Shown here in pieces: positions 24,897 to 64,000 of a DNA stretch of 64,000 bases. Origin of the DNA: Ophelia neglecta (lineage: Eukaryota); NCBI GenBank assembly GCA_965285935.1, contig OZ260664.1, forward strand, positions 50,840,001 to 50,904,000, written 5' to 3'. Under the pieces are notes generated by a model that saw only the letters and a program-made list of their open reading frames with translations, was not told the DNA's origin and made no database searches. The position numbers and the translations under genes were made by a program. How positions within the stretch are numbered: the stretch's first letter is position 1; each line of letters begins with the position of its first letter.

Positions 24897-27800
24897 AAAT
24901 TTGGAACAATTATATCTCAATTTGTTCAAGAAGTCGAGGACCCGAGTATATACATAGGTCTGTAAAGACCCGGGTCAATAGACTGTGGTGTTATGAACCC
25001 TTGTCACAACCCACTAGATTTCACAAATTAGAATCAGCATAATCGAGACCATCTTTTGTCCTGTTTATTAGAAGTGAGTACTGTATAATGGGAGAAATGG
25101 GCCTATAATAATGTCCGCCCTTTGAACTCTTCACGTAATAGCCCAGTCCCCGGGGAGGCCGAATATTTATCATTTCAATTAGATTTCAAAGGAAGCTGAC
25201 AAACACACCCTTCAGACATGACAAACACACTCGTCTGATTACTACCCGACCATTGTGTGAACATAATTAAGTGGACACTAGCTTGGACATTTGCGGAAAT
25301 TCGTCTGCTCGTCATTACGAACGCGGCGGTAACACAGGCTTTATGAGGTCTGAAGTTCGCTTTAGTATCACTCAACCGTGGTTATTGGTTTGAAATCTTA
25401 AATTATCGCTCTTCATTATGCGGCATGCGTTTCACCCCAGGCGTTTTATTATAGGCCTATACTTCTATAAGATTATATTTGTCTTATATTGAATTATATG
25501 TATACATGTGTATATATAATATTGAATTATATACATTTTAATTATGTAGGCTACACGTATTTCGCATGAGAAACAACCATTAAAGCAGGTTTAATAGGTT
25601 TAGTTTACAGTCCTCTATGTCCAACTGTTTTAATCGCTTTTAGTGGATCCACTTTACTTATGTTCTGAATAGATCTTCAGAGTTAGTTTAAATACTCATA
25701 ACTTTAAGTATTCATTGTGCTAAGGTATTTTGGACTTCTTAAAATGAGTATGAACCTGACGATAATTTATTTTTTTGTGAAGACAAATTTAAACTTTAGT
25801 CTTGGCTGTCCAGAAATGTTCAACTTGTCTGTTAGCTATTGCCTGAAAAGTCTGCCGATTTATAATTTATACTTTTCTTTGGCATAAAAATGATCAGTGA
25901 CCTGCAATATTTATATTTTATTGTGGTAAATTTTAGGCAGGTTGTAATACGGTTAAGGCATAGGATAAAAATTTAAGCATTTTGTCTTGGCATTTGGGCA
26001 AATTAACAGAACTTTTAGAGCAAATTGGATTCGGAATAGTAAGATTTGGTTTTCTTGAACTAAGCGACCCTTACCATGGAGATTCTATTCCCAAAGGTAC
26101 GCAAAAGAAGGCACGTTATCAACAATAAAAACCAAACATGGCACGGCTTAATGTGAAGTAAACAGCACCATACAGCCTTCAGCTTTATAGCTTTCGAATT
26201 TCCTTTAATTGTTTAAATTAATTGAAATAGAGCTAATGATGATACGCCGTACAGGCCTTAATTGATACGTTATAGTGCTGAACGTTAGCTTTAGGGATAT
26301 TCGATGGGCCCTGATGTTTAAAAGGGCAGATCTACGGTCTACGATGTTTAAAGACATTGATATTTATTACCAAGCACATTGTGAAATTTAATAGGTTTAA
26401 AAACATATATAGGCTTAAATGTGTTGGAGGCATTTATATCTATACATCTGTTAAAATGAAATATTTCATTTATTTGTTAATTTAGCGTTTAGGCCTGTCA
26501 TATTATTTCATCTTACTTCACACCAACGCTGAGCCATGGTACTATATATTCCCCTCCAGGTGTCGCTGCCATCAGGTTGGTACACCGGGAGAGGCTCTCT
26601 GCCTTATTATCACAAACATAATCAGATTGATCGCGAATTGACCAGCTCCCAGTCTGACCAATTATAGCCTACCTGTCTCTGGCTGTAGGGTCACGAGGGA
26701 ACATGTCATTCCAAGGCTTTGTTCGCAGCAGTTCACACCTCTGCTCTATGGCCTACTGTCATATTTTACGTTTGTAAAATGGTAAATGGCAGGGTTGAGG
26801 CCTAATCTCCAGGATTGTTTTGATGGTCAGAATAGTCACAATTTTAGTTCAATATAATGAATGGGGCAATAGGATGTAGATTATATCTTATGGATAGATA
26901 AGTTCAAACTAAACCATTATTCTGGAAAAATGAAAACAGGCCTACAAAATGGTGTATGAGAGTAGAAAACTATAATTTGAACTGCTGATAAATAAAATAG
27001 ATCAAACATTTTTCTATTATAGAAAAATGTTTCCAATTCGTTATCGCTATTTGTACAATAGGCCTAGTGTTTATTACTACATGATTGTCATAATGCTGTC
27101 AAGTGGCATTCTCCTCCAAGACCTAGTAATCAGCAGGCCTACAAATAGCTCAGCCCAAAGATTGATTATTTACAGGTACTCCAGTCTCGTCTGTAAGTAC
27201 GCTCTCTAAAGTCGGCTGATTTTTAAGAGACTATTTTAGAACTTTAGTATCTTTGTTGTAACAAACAACTCTACTCTTGTTGTAATTATTGTAGTAAGTC
27301 ACCTAGATGAACTTGTAAACATGTTTTAAGTTTCTTCTCGTCTCAACGACAAGATCAGAGTCGTTGATAAGGAAACATTCTGTCACCTGAGTAAGCAAAA
27401 TGTGTAAGGCAGATCTAACAGATCACTTGGACCAACTCTGTGATAAGGAAACAAAAGTTATCGTTTGATGGCCAAAGGTATGGTTCTTGACTCGGCTGAA
27501 GTAATTGCAGGTGTTAACACGTTGTTTGAGGCCAGCCCGCTGAAATAATGCGTCCAACTTTCTCCAGTTTATGACAGGGAAGTTATAAAAAAAATAAATG
27601 AAGAAAAAAGATCCCCAGAATTAACATACATAAATCATGTACAATTATGTAATTGAATCTTCCAAACGCGTGCTGTGCATATGTTAATTACATTGGCTGG
27701 TGATGTTTTTTTTATTATCCCATCTTTTTGCCTCATGCCTCTACTATGTCTACGGGTTGAACATGATATAAAATTATATGATGGTCCAATTGGACATACT

Positions 27801-29162
27801 AAAGCTCAGTCAAGAAAAAATTATAACGCTTATTGCATGGTTACTTCCGGATATAATTAAATAGGCTTCCGTGAAGCATATATTATCATTTATCGAGAAA
27901 ATGTCTGCATCGTAAATAACCTATATACTTTAAATAGAACTACATTCAAGAAGCTAAACATGCTCTAGTGTTGGCCTGCCCGTGATCAGGTGTTGGCGGC
28001 ACGCAGTCTGGTCCTCTCAGAGTAGGCTCGCACTCCTCTATCGGAGGTATGGGTGAACCTTGACTGTTGATATCTGCTATAAACAGAACAACTCCCTTAT
28101 CAAAGGGGATCATAATCATAAAATTATCAAACCCACCGTCACCGCTTATCAAATAACCTGCTTATAGATTTAGATTTATATATTTTTTCTAATTACTTAC
28201 ATTGGAATGCAATGGCAACTGTTAATATTATTATTTTCTATCTTTGGGTCAAGTAAGGGCGCATTTCTGCTCGGTTTTTGTCCAAGACTCTGGTCGCTCG
28301 TTTGAAAGCACATCTGTATCATTTTATTCTAATAGTGTCAAAAGTATACCGTCTTCTCAAGCAACAATTCTGGCCCTTGAAAGGTGTGAAATTGTGATTT
28401 CTAGATTCTCGAGAGGTTATTTATTCTCATTTATAGGGTTGACAAAAGTTCTAAAAGCTAGTGGTTGGCACTGTGCTGGTTCAATATAACGCACCACTGG
28501 TTGCTGACAATCTACACGCCAGTCAGATGATGAGTTTGAAAAGACATCTGTGCTAATCACCGCCTAAAATGACATAAATACACGCTGACTGACGTTCTCT
28601 GCCTTCAGCCTTACCTTGGCGGCGGTTTATGATGGTTTTATCAATCAGGCCAGGTGTCAAATATATATTTGAACAAGAGGCAATACAGGCGATAATACCG
28701 CCAACTAAAACAAGTATGGTCGGCGATAAAGGTGCGAAAACGCCGGATAGGGCACTTGGTGGCATTGTAATCCCGGCCGGCAAGTTGATATTTATCACCA
28801 CTGATCTGAAACTCTCAGCTGAGCGTCTTCAACCTATGAAAGTATTTGACGTATCAAATTATTCAAGTGGCCGATTCATCCCCAAACAGGTTGACTATAA
28901 ACACCTCGCCACAGTAAATCTTGTTCGAAGTGGGAAGGCGACGACAAGTCTGGGGTCCCAGAAGGGAAAGCCTCTCCAAATGCGGATATCTCGACCATTG
29001 TAGATACCTCTGTGGTTAAAGAATTGTTAGTATCACCATGCAGGCAATCAGTGAGTGACGGCAGGTGTGGACAAAGAAAAATACCGAAATTAGCATTTCC
29101 AGGGAGGCATCGCTGGAAAAAAAGAGATTTGATGAGACGGTGCTTTGTCCGAGGATACCGAG

Positions 29163-29200
29163 ATGACAGTCGAGGTTGACAGCGATTCTTCTTCCTCCAG
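29163..29200 (+). CDS. sim: Candidate alternative first coding exon A of sim (MTVEVDSDSSSSR)
   Basis: gagATGa start with an in-frame TGA upstream at 29133. It runs 38 nt to donor CAG|GTGAGC (phase 2), in frame with exon 30790 or exon 34290. Confidence 0.45.
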
Positions 29201-30419
29201 GTGAGCCAAACATAATGACATTACCACATTAGGACGTCTTCAAGCGGCTAAAATGTGGTTCGGATTTCAGGCGTGAAATTGATAGTTTTCGCCTGGTCGG
29301 TTGGGTATAAAGCAAAAGCGCCCCTGACTCTCGATAGAGGCGGTAAAGATCGCCTGCTAGCGGCCTGGGGGAGGGAGAAACAGGCTTCAGAGCGACACCC
29401 CGGCTCTTAAAGGCGGGATATGGTTAATATCTTTTACAGTCTCAAATCCAGTGCTTAATGAAGCGTAATTTGATCACTTTATAGTTGAGTTTAGATGTTG
29501 TGGAGTGGGCAGGAGGCTGGCATGGAAGCCCTGGGCTGTTTGAACTGCAGAGAGGCCCTTGACATGGCCCTGGAGCACTGCTGTAATGCCTCCTTGCCAT
29601 ATTGTCAGGCTATCGAGAGCGGCGCCGCCTGCAGTGAGTGGAGAGCCTTGTCATTGTAACAGAGGTGTTCTCTCTCCCCTGTAACAAACCCTCTAATTAA
29701 CAACCACAACTCACGGTGCTTTATGAATATCTCTCCACAATCAACCACCAATTACCGTGATACATCAAACAATAACCAAAGGAACAATACCAACATATTC
29801 GCCACTATTGAACATGTTAAGATTGAATAAGCGAACAAAGGGGAACCATCAACGGGGCTTTAAGAAATCCATCTCCCGTTTCTGGCTTTTATATTTTTTC
29901 GCGGTAGTTGTAGTCACGCCTGCCAGTCAATAACTGAGGTAAAGGACGCTGAAGGAAGACCCGCTGATATGTCCAGCCCACCAGAGTACGAAGATATGGC
30001 TGTGGCCAATCAGAGGGCGTCCTTTCTGACACTTGTGGCTCGGGATTGATCGCTCCCGTCCTATTTGCCACGCGCGATTCTCTGTTTGTCTCCTCTCCTG
30101 TAGTTACTGCCTTGTGCAAACGCTGAAGCCATGCCTGCCGAAGCAGTTCATGGATCGGAGGCCGAGCTATGGTAAATACCGAATAAAAGACCCATCTGAA
30201 CTATATCAATAATACCGTGGCCGCTCACGCACTAGAAAACTTCTATCACTTTTTCCGTACAGTTCACTTTCAGAACACAACGTGCACACCAGCCATGTGC
30301 CGACAACAATGAATTTAAAGCATGTATGCAATGTTTTCACTTTTTGGCATAAACCATCCATATAGGCTGTATAATGTAATTCCCGTATGCTAATGAGAGG
30401 AGAGAGGCGAATCGGAAAG

Positions 30420-30448
30420 ATGACAGCTATTTGTTCGCCTCAGCTAGG
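30420..30448 (+). CDS. sim: Candidate alternative first coding exon B of sim (MTAICSPQLG; in-frame ATGs also at 30387 and 30393)
   Basis: aagATGa start, 29 nt to consensus donor AGG|GTAAGT (phase 2). In-frame TAA upstream at 30372. Confidence 0.45.
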
Positions 30449-30789
30449 GTAAGTTGCTGCAGTACGTCGAGCGGGAAGCAGCAAGCCAGTCAAGTCCTGA
30501 AGAGCAATGTCGTCTGCCCCTAAATACTCGGCCTGACAGGCCAGGTTATGGCTGAGACGTGCCTAATCGCAGAAAGTCTCTCTGTTATATTTAATTCATT
30601 AAGCTCGGCGAGTGTTTCTTACACATATGCATGAGCCCGAGGTACAGTCCATGAGACGTGATGTTTCTATACAGAGGGAGCACCCTCCGAGAGCCGCTTG
30701 CTGAACGTGCCTTTCCATCAGATACTATTTGATAAAGTCACCGATGGATTAGTGAAAACCCAATTGTTTACTTTTTCATTCTTTCCTAG

Positions 30790-30852
30790 ATCGGAAGATT
30801 CGGCCGCGTGCACATCGCCAGAAGACGAGAGTTGTTTGGATAAACATGCTAG
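30790..30852 (+). CDS. sim: Candidate internal 63-nt symmetric (phase 2-2) exon of sim, xSEDSAACTSPEDESCLDKHAR
   Basis: Strong acceptor ttactttttcattctttcctag| and strong donor TAG|GTAAGA. Length is a multiple of 3, and the exon is open in the frame that continues into [10 protein letters not shown]. Confidence 0.6.
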
Positions 30853-31415
30853 GTAAGAAGAAAGTTTATTTTTACACTTGACTTTTTACATGCCATTCTC
30901 CAAAGAAGCTAAAAAGGGAGACGTGCCGAGTACAATTGAAGACCGACTAGGGGTCTATCGGTTATCAATGAGTCGGCGTGTTTCTAATCCGAACTTCAGC
31001 ACAGTTTGTTATGCAATCTAGATGCCTTCAGTTTTAACACGAGCTCGGGACTGTGATAGGAGACTCACCAGAGGACAGGTTTTCCATTGCTGGCGGTGTT
31101 GTCAAACAAGGCAGACGATCGCTGAGCAGCAGAGCAGACGGTACATATTGACAAACGATTGATAGTTGGAGTAAACACCACATTATCGCTCATAGTCCAA
31201 AAAGCAACCGAATCTACAACCCATTATGGAATAGTACACGCAATTGTAGACTCGATTGGCTTGAAGAGGCCATCACAAGATGTCTAATCCCCACTCTTGA
31301 GGTCTCTTTGCGGAACTTTGAGGACATAAAGCAATAAAGATGACACCTCGCTTGCAGACTACAAGATTAAGAAGTCAACACTCAAGATGACCGACAAGAA
31401 ATCACAGCTTGTAAA

Positions 31416-31561
31416 ATGACGTTCGGCGAGACAAAGGAATACGATTCAATATCAGGACAAATTCAAAATTCAAGTAATTTTTGTTCGGAAATAGTCTTGC
31501 TGGATGCTGGTAACGGTGCTCATAACAGGCAATTTAGTGAGGAAGGTCGTTTTGTTTGCAG
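31416..31561 (+). CDS. sim: Candidate alternative first coding exon D of sim (MTFGETKEYDSISGQIQNSSNFCSEIVLLDAGNGAHNRQFSEEGRFVCR)
   Basis: aaaATGa start, 146 nt open to donor CAG|GTAAAT (phase 2). The frame is open from 31371. Confidence 0.35.
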
Positions 31562-34284
31562 GTAAATGTTCTATTTGCTCTTTCATATCGTGTTTCATAA
31601 TGCATGTGTTCTCTCTTTCTGGAACAAGGTAATGTTGTCAAGGTGTTTTGGTGAAGCAGACGATACCTTTTTTTTTGTATTATAAAAGGCTCTGGAAACC
31701 GATTCTGAAATAGAAAAGGACCATTTTAATGATTAACCCCATTTAGAAGTATATAAGATGGAATCAGTATAAAGCCATGCGTGGGCACGAATTAAGCTCC
31801 TCAGTGATTACATGTTTTCCAAGATATAATCATTAAAACCTCTGAAAGATATAGGTCATGGGCCTTCATTATTGTCCCATGCACAGTTCTGTGACCCATT
31901 AATTTGTATCTTATGTATACGTTGTGTTTTTACTTCTTTTGCAATACCTCTCATATTCTAACTAGCCATGGATGCTATGGTACATATCAGGAAGTTGCGC
32001 GTTAAAGGTTATGTTGACTAGGGCTGGTATTTGATCAGGCTTACACATTCATAAAGGTATACCAAACATCATAGACTACTAGTAAATAAGTATGTTAATC
32101 AGGGTTTTATTTTAGTTTTGCCTTGTTAACTTAAAAACGCGTTTTACGATGTTTCATGATATAATCATGCAGGGCATTTTGAGCACACCTAACGCTATTG
32201 ATCATTTACGCAAAAATATGCTCGGAACAAGGCCCTATTAAATATTAGCAAATGCCCCTGATACTGCATGGGTATAAGGAAGGTATTGCTCACAGATAGT
32301 GATATTACTAAACCATAGCCCCCTGAATCAACGTTTGAATATTTTTCTACATGCATGTGTTGTGGATGTATTTATGCAGAGAAAACTATATCTGTCCGAG
32401 CAGTCAGTGATATAATGAACAGAGTATACTGGGTTTCATTTTGAAGCTGGCTGTACACAGTGGCGCTAGGTGACATCCAATGTCGCAATATCCCATCAGC
32501 CGATTGATCGGCCAGATCTGGTTAGGGCACAATAAATAGGAAAATGCTAATCCCAACATATTCGCTAGCAATGATACACACCAAACAGTCGAGCACTTAG
32601 TCTCCCTATTAGCATTTTTGATCCGTCCATTAGATTAGCTTACAAAAAGGCGGACGTGTGTGGAGTGTTGAGCTGGGGATTTGAGCGTAGCAGGCCTGCC
32701 TCTGTCTGCTGTGGTTATACCTAGCCCTTCTCAGACCTCCCACACGAGCCGAGAGGGCTCAGCGTCTCTACAATGCCCCTTAACTCGACCTCTGCAATCT
32801 CATGTCGAGAACAAGTCATGTTTGATTAATTCAACGACCTTGCGGAATTAATGTCGATCTGACACTTGAGCCGCAGTGCCGATAGGTACGCAGAACGCAC
32901 AAGGATCGAGAACCTCCGAGCGTTTAGCCCAGTCACCACCATGGGACTATTTTACCCCGTCAAAGTCACCTCCTGCAGTTGAGATATGAAGGAACGCCAC
33001 CTCTTGTTTCACGTTCTTTCTCGTCTGGATGTCTGTGAATAACTGTATTTAATGCTGGTGAAATGGCTTGAGTATCTCAGAACCTCCTCCGAAGAAGCCA
33101 ATCCGTCCCCTGGGACCGCGCCACTCGCACCCGAATTCCTTCTCAGTCGCCTTGGTGGCCGGAGACCGAAGGAATAATTGACACTTCTGACCAGGTTAGA
33201 CAGGGGCCAACCCGCCTAATGTATTCGTCTCTCGGTAGCCGAGTTTAATAGAATTGGGAATAGTGCAAATATTGTACAAAAGAAATCATTCTACAAATCA
33301 AACGAGAACATAGAGGCCGGCAAAGTTCCAGTCACAGTGTGCTTGGCCATATCGGTGGCCGCGCGGCTTAGATGACAGGGCCCGCGGACAGGGATGAGTC
33401 TGGCGCAGGAAACTCACCCCAAATGGACAGATTGGTCAAATTTGACGCACGGAAGGCACTTTTAATGGATCAGAATCATAAGACAGCTGACTGTTCTGAC
33501 AGAAACTCTTTATTGGATTGAGCGCCCGGACTGGCACAATAAAATCGGGGAGAACACAGGCAAGCTGTCAAGTTTCTGTCAACTTACAAAGTCAACAGGT
33601 TTCAGCGACAAAATGTGTGGTCCTCCTTGGTCGAGAGTGGAACAAACAGGCGAGTGAATTAAGTGGACAGTAGCGGCATATTGGAGGTTCCATAGATCAG
33701 TGGCCCAAGACAGGTGTACCGATCTTACAACAATGGCTCGCAAATGGTCTACTTGACTTCGAAATGTGATTTAATGAATTTATCAACTTATGTATATATC
33801 AGATTGCATATGTGTGGTTGGATAATGGATTCAAATTCTCACTTTTTTATGACACGATGAATTCACACCATAATTGTCAACATTTGTTTGCGCTAAACTT
33901 TAAGCACAAAACTATTTTTTATATTGGTAAGTATATTTTTGCATGATAGATTTCTATATATAACGACTGACGCGCTTTGTTCTCTGAACTAAAAACAACA
34001 TTCTGATAGGCCTAAATGAATAATCTTTTCCATGTTGTGATACATAAACCTGATTACAAATAACACGTGGAAGCCTACTTGACTGTTCCGTGATCAATTC
34101 CCATTTCCAGGCAGCCGAACTAAAAAACAAAACTTAGCCAAGCAATCCAATACCTGACAGGAAGATTTCAAACCAAGCATGATAGTACCACTTAAACAAT
34201 GTTGTTCCTTTCGAGTTCTATCAAACGGAGTTTTTTTTCCTGAACGTCTGTTGAATATTATTGTGAAACTATTGTTTTACTTGA

Positions 34285-62485
<28,201 letters not shown>

Positions 62486-62562
62486 GTCTAGGGGACGGCT
62501 GGGGGCAGAGAGTTGTACCGGCTAACCCTCGAGAGAAAGAACTGGGTTCTCATATTTTACAG
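62486..62562 (+). CDS. sim: sim coding exon 2 (bHLH-PAS linker)
   Basis: tgttacttgcag| (G)LGDGWGQRVVPANPREKELGSHILQ |gtaaac, 77 nt. Matches the Sim pattern GLG.AWG...ELGSHLLQ. Confidence 0.95.
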
Positions 62563-63660
62563 GTAAACCATTTACCCTCCTTTTACATCGCGGACTTCTA
62601 CTTTACTCTCTTGAATGGTACTACCGTTTTCTGAAACTGGACATTTGCATGTTTCTCCTATAGCTTCACACACACAATAATATTGTCATCAGCAAATAAG
62701 AAATGCAAATCTTACCACTAGTGTATTGTCTGTAAGGTGCACTCTTCTGCACAGAAGACTGTTACTAGGAAATCTAATTTGTCCTGAATTTGAAAGGCAT
62801 CTTCTTCAATTCATTGCAAGCATTAAAGCGCATATACAGACGCTTAGTTATACTATTATTGGCAAATTGTGTCAACGTCCACAAAAATTCTTTGACAGCA
62901 GTATTGATTGCATTGATTTGAAAATCAATCTGCTCATTCAATCATTTGACAAACTTAAATCACATATAGACTTGTCTTCATCCGAACAAACTGTTTACCA
63001 TTTTCCCGTTTGTTTCTTGTTTGTAGTGTGTTCGTCTGGCACTGAAGGTGTGTGATTTTGACCTATCTACTAATTGTTTATTCCTCACATGTTCCACTGC
63101 CAGAAATTCTACTGACACTCTTTAGTTCATATCACCCCCGCTTTGGATGTAGTCTGGTGTTATCGTTTTGTACCCTTGCAAATAATTCTTAATCCTAAAT
63201 TGGCCAGCGTAACGCAATGATACAGTTATCTTTCCCTTGCCCTTAACATTCATTTATTGTTTTGTGTAGAATATGTGTATATAAAATGTACACGTGTAGG
63301 ATAGAGTGTAAGATAAAAACTAATTATACAAGATTAGACTTCTTTGTTGTATGCTAGGAGTTCCCCTTTAATTTGGATCATTTTAATGTTTAATTTCGTG
63401 CACTAGCTAACCAAATAGAACACTGAATGTGTAATCGGTCTTCTAATGCGACATAAGCCGTGTCTGCTTCTTATTTCAAGCGAGTGTCATCTGTTCGAAA
63501 GATCGTTATTTGGTTCCATAATTGAGTGATAAGCCTGTTTTAAGGAGCGAATAATTCAATGCCATAAATGTTGGCAAATAAATCGAGCTGTACGCATGTG
63601 AACAGACCCTTCTTCTCTGCTATTGACACTGCTAACTTGATTTGCATATTCGATTTGTAG

Positions 63661-63771
<111 letters not shown>

Positions 63772-63966
63772 TAACGTCAATCGATGTTATAATGTAAAGA
63801 CCAAATGGACTATGAAACAAATAAGCCTATCTAATTATAGTTTTTTCTATATAAATCCAATAATAGCGAGCGAGAAAGTAGTGTGTTATATGTAATGACC
63901 ATGAATTATTTTTTTTTTTTTATTTCCATATAACAGTTTAGATAATAACATTTTGTTTGTACGCAG

Positions 63967-64000
63967 GTCGAGTTGACAGGAAACAGTATCTACGAATACA
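63967..64000 (+). CDS. sim: sim coding exon 4 (PAS-A), truncated by window end
   Basis: ttttgtttgtacgcag| VELTGNSIYEY..., continuing the Sim PAS-A consensus. Confidence 0.95.

Larger units (their letters stand above)
30279..30925 (+). promoter_or_regulatory. Cluster of five ACGTG bHLH-PAS (CME/HRE) core motifs
   Basis: ACGTG at 30280, 30557, 30656, 30705 and 30921. Three are GAGACGTG and two are AACGTG. Confidence 0.4.

Noticed and set aside
28629-29003. 124-aa ORF upstream of sim
   Set aside because: No recognisable homology or splice structure. It lies in GC-richer regulatory-like DNA where chance ORFs are longer.

Overview
AT-rich animal genomic DNA with spliceosomal introns, probably from an invertebrate bilaterian; the species cannot be determined from the sequence. 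The main content is the 5' part of a single-minded (sim) bHLH-PAS gene on the + strand. Its conserved bHLH exon is at 34309-34483, followed by a 28,002-nt intron and three further exons (62486-62562, 63661-63750, 63967-end). The left end holds the last coding exon of a cytosolic sulfotransferase (1408-1517), whose last intron contains a 71-bp tandem array and a hAT-type MITE with a perfect 8-bp target-site duplication. About 27 kb of non-coding DNA lies between the two genes. The most interesting unannotated signal is 3-5 kb upstream of the sim bHLH exon: three separate ATG-initiated candidate first exons and one symmetric 63-nt exon all end in phase-2 splice donors that read in frame into Sim, predicting several alternative N-terminal extensions. 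They overlap a cluster of ACGTG (Sim:ARNT/HIF core) motifs. A CpG-rich promoter-like island at about 16.5 kb has outward-facing splice donors on both strands. Nearly all entries in the supplied ORF track look spurious.
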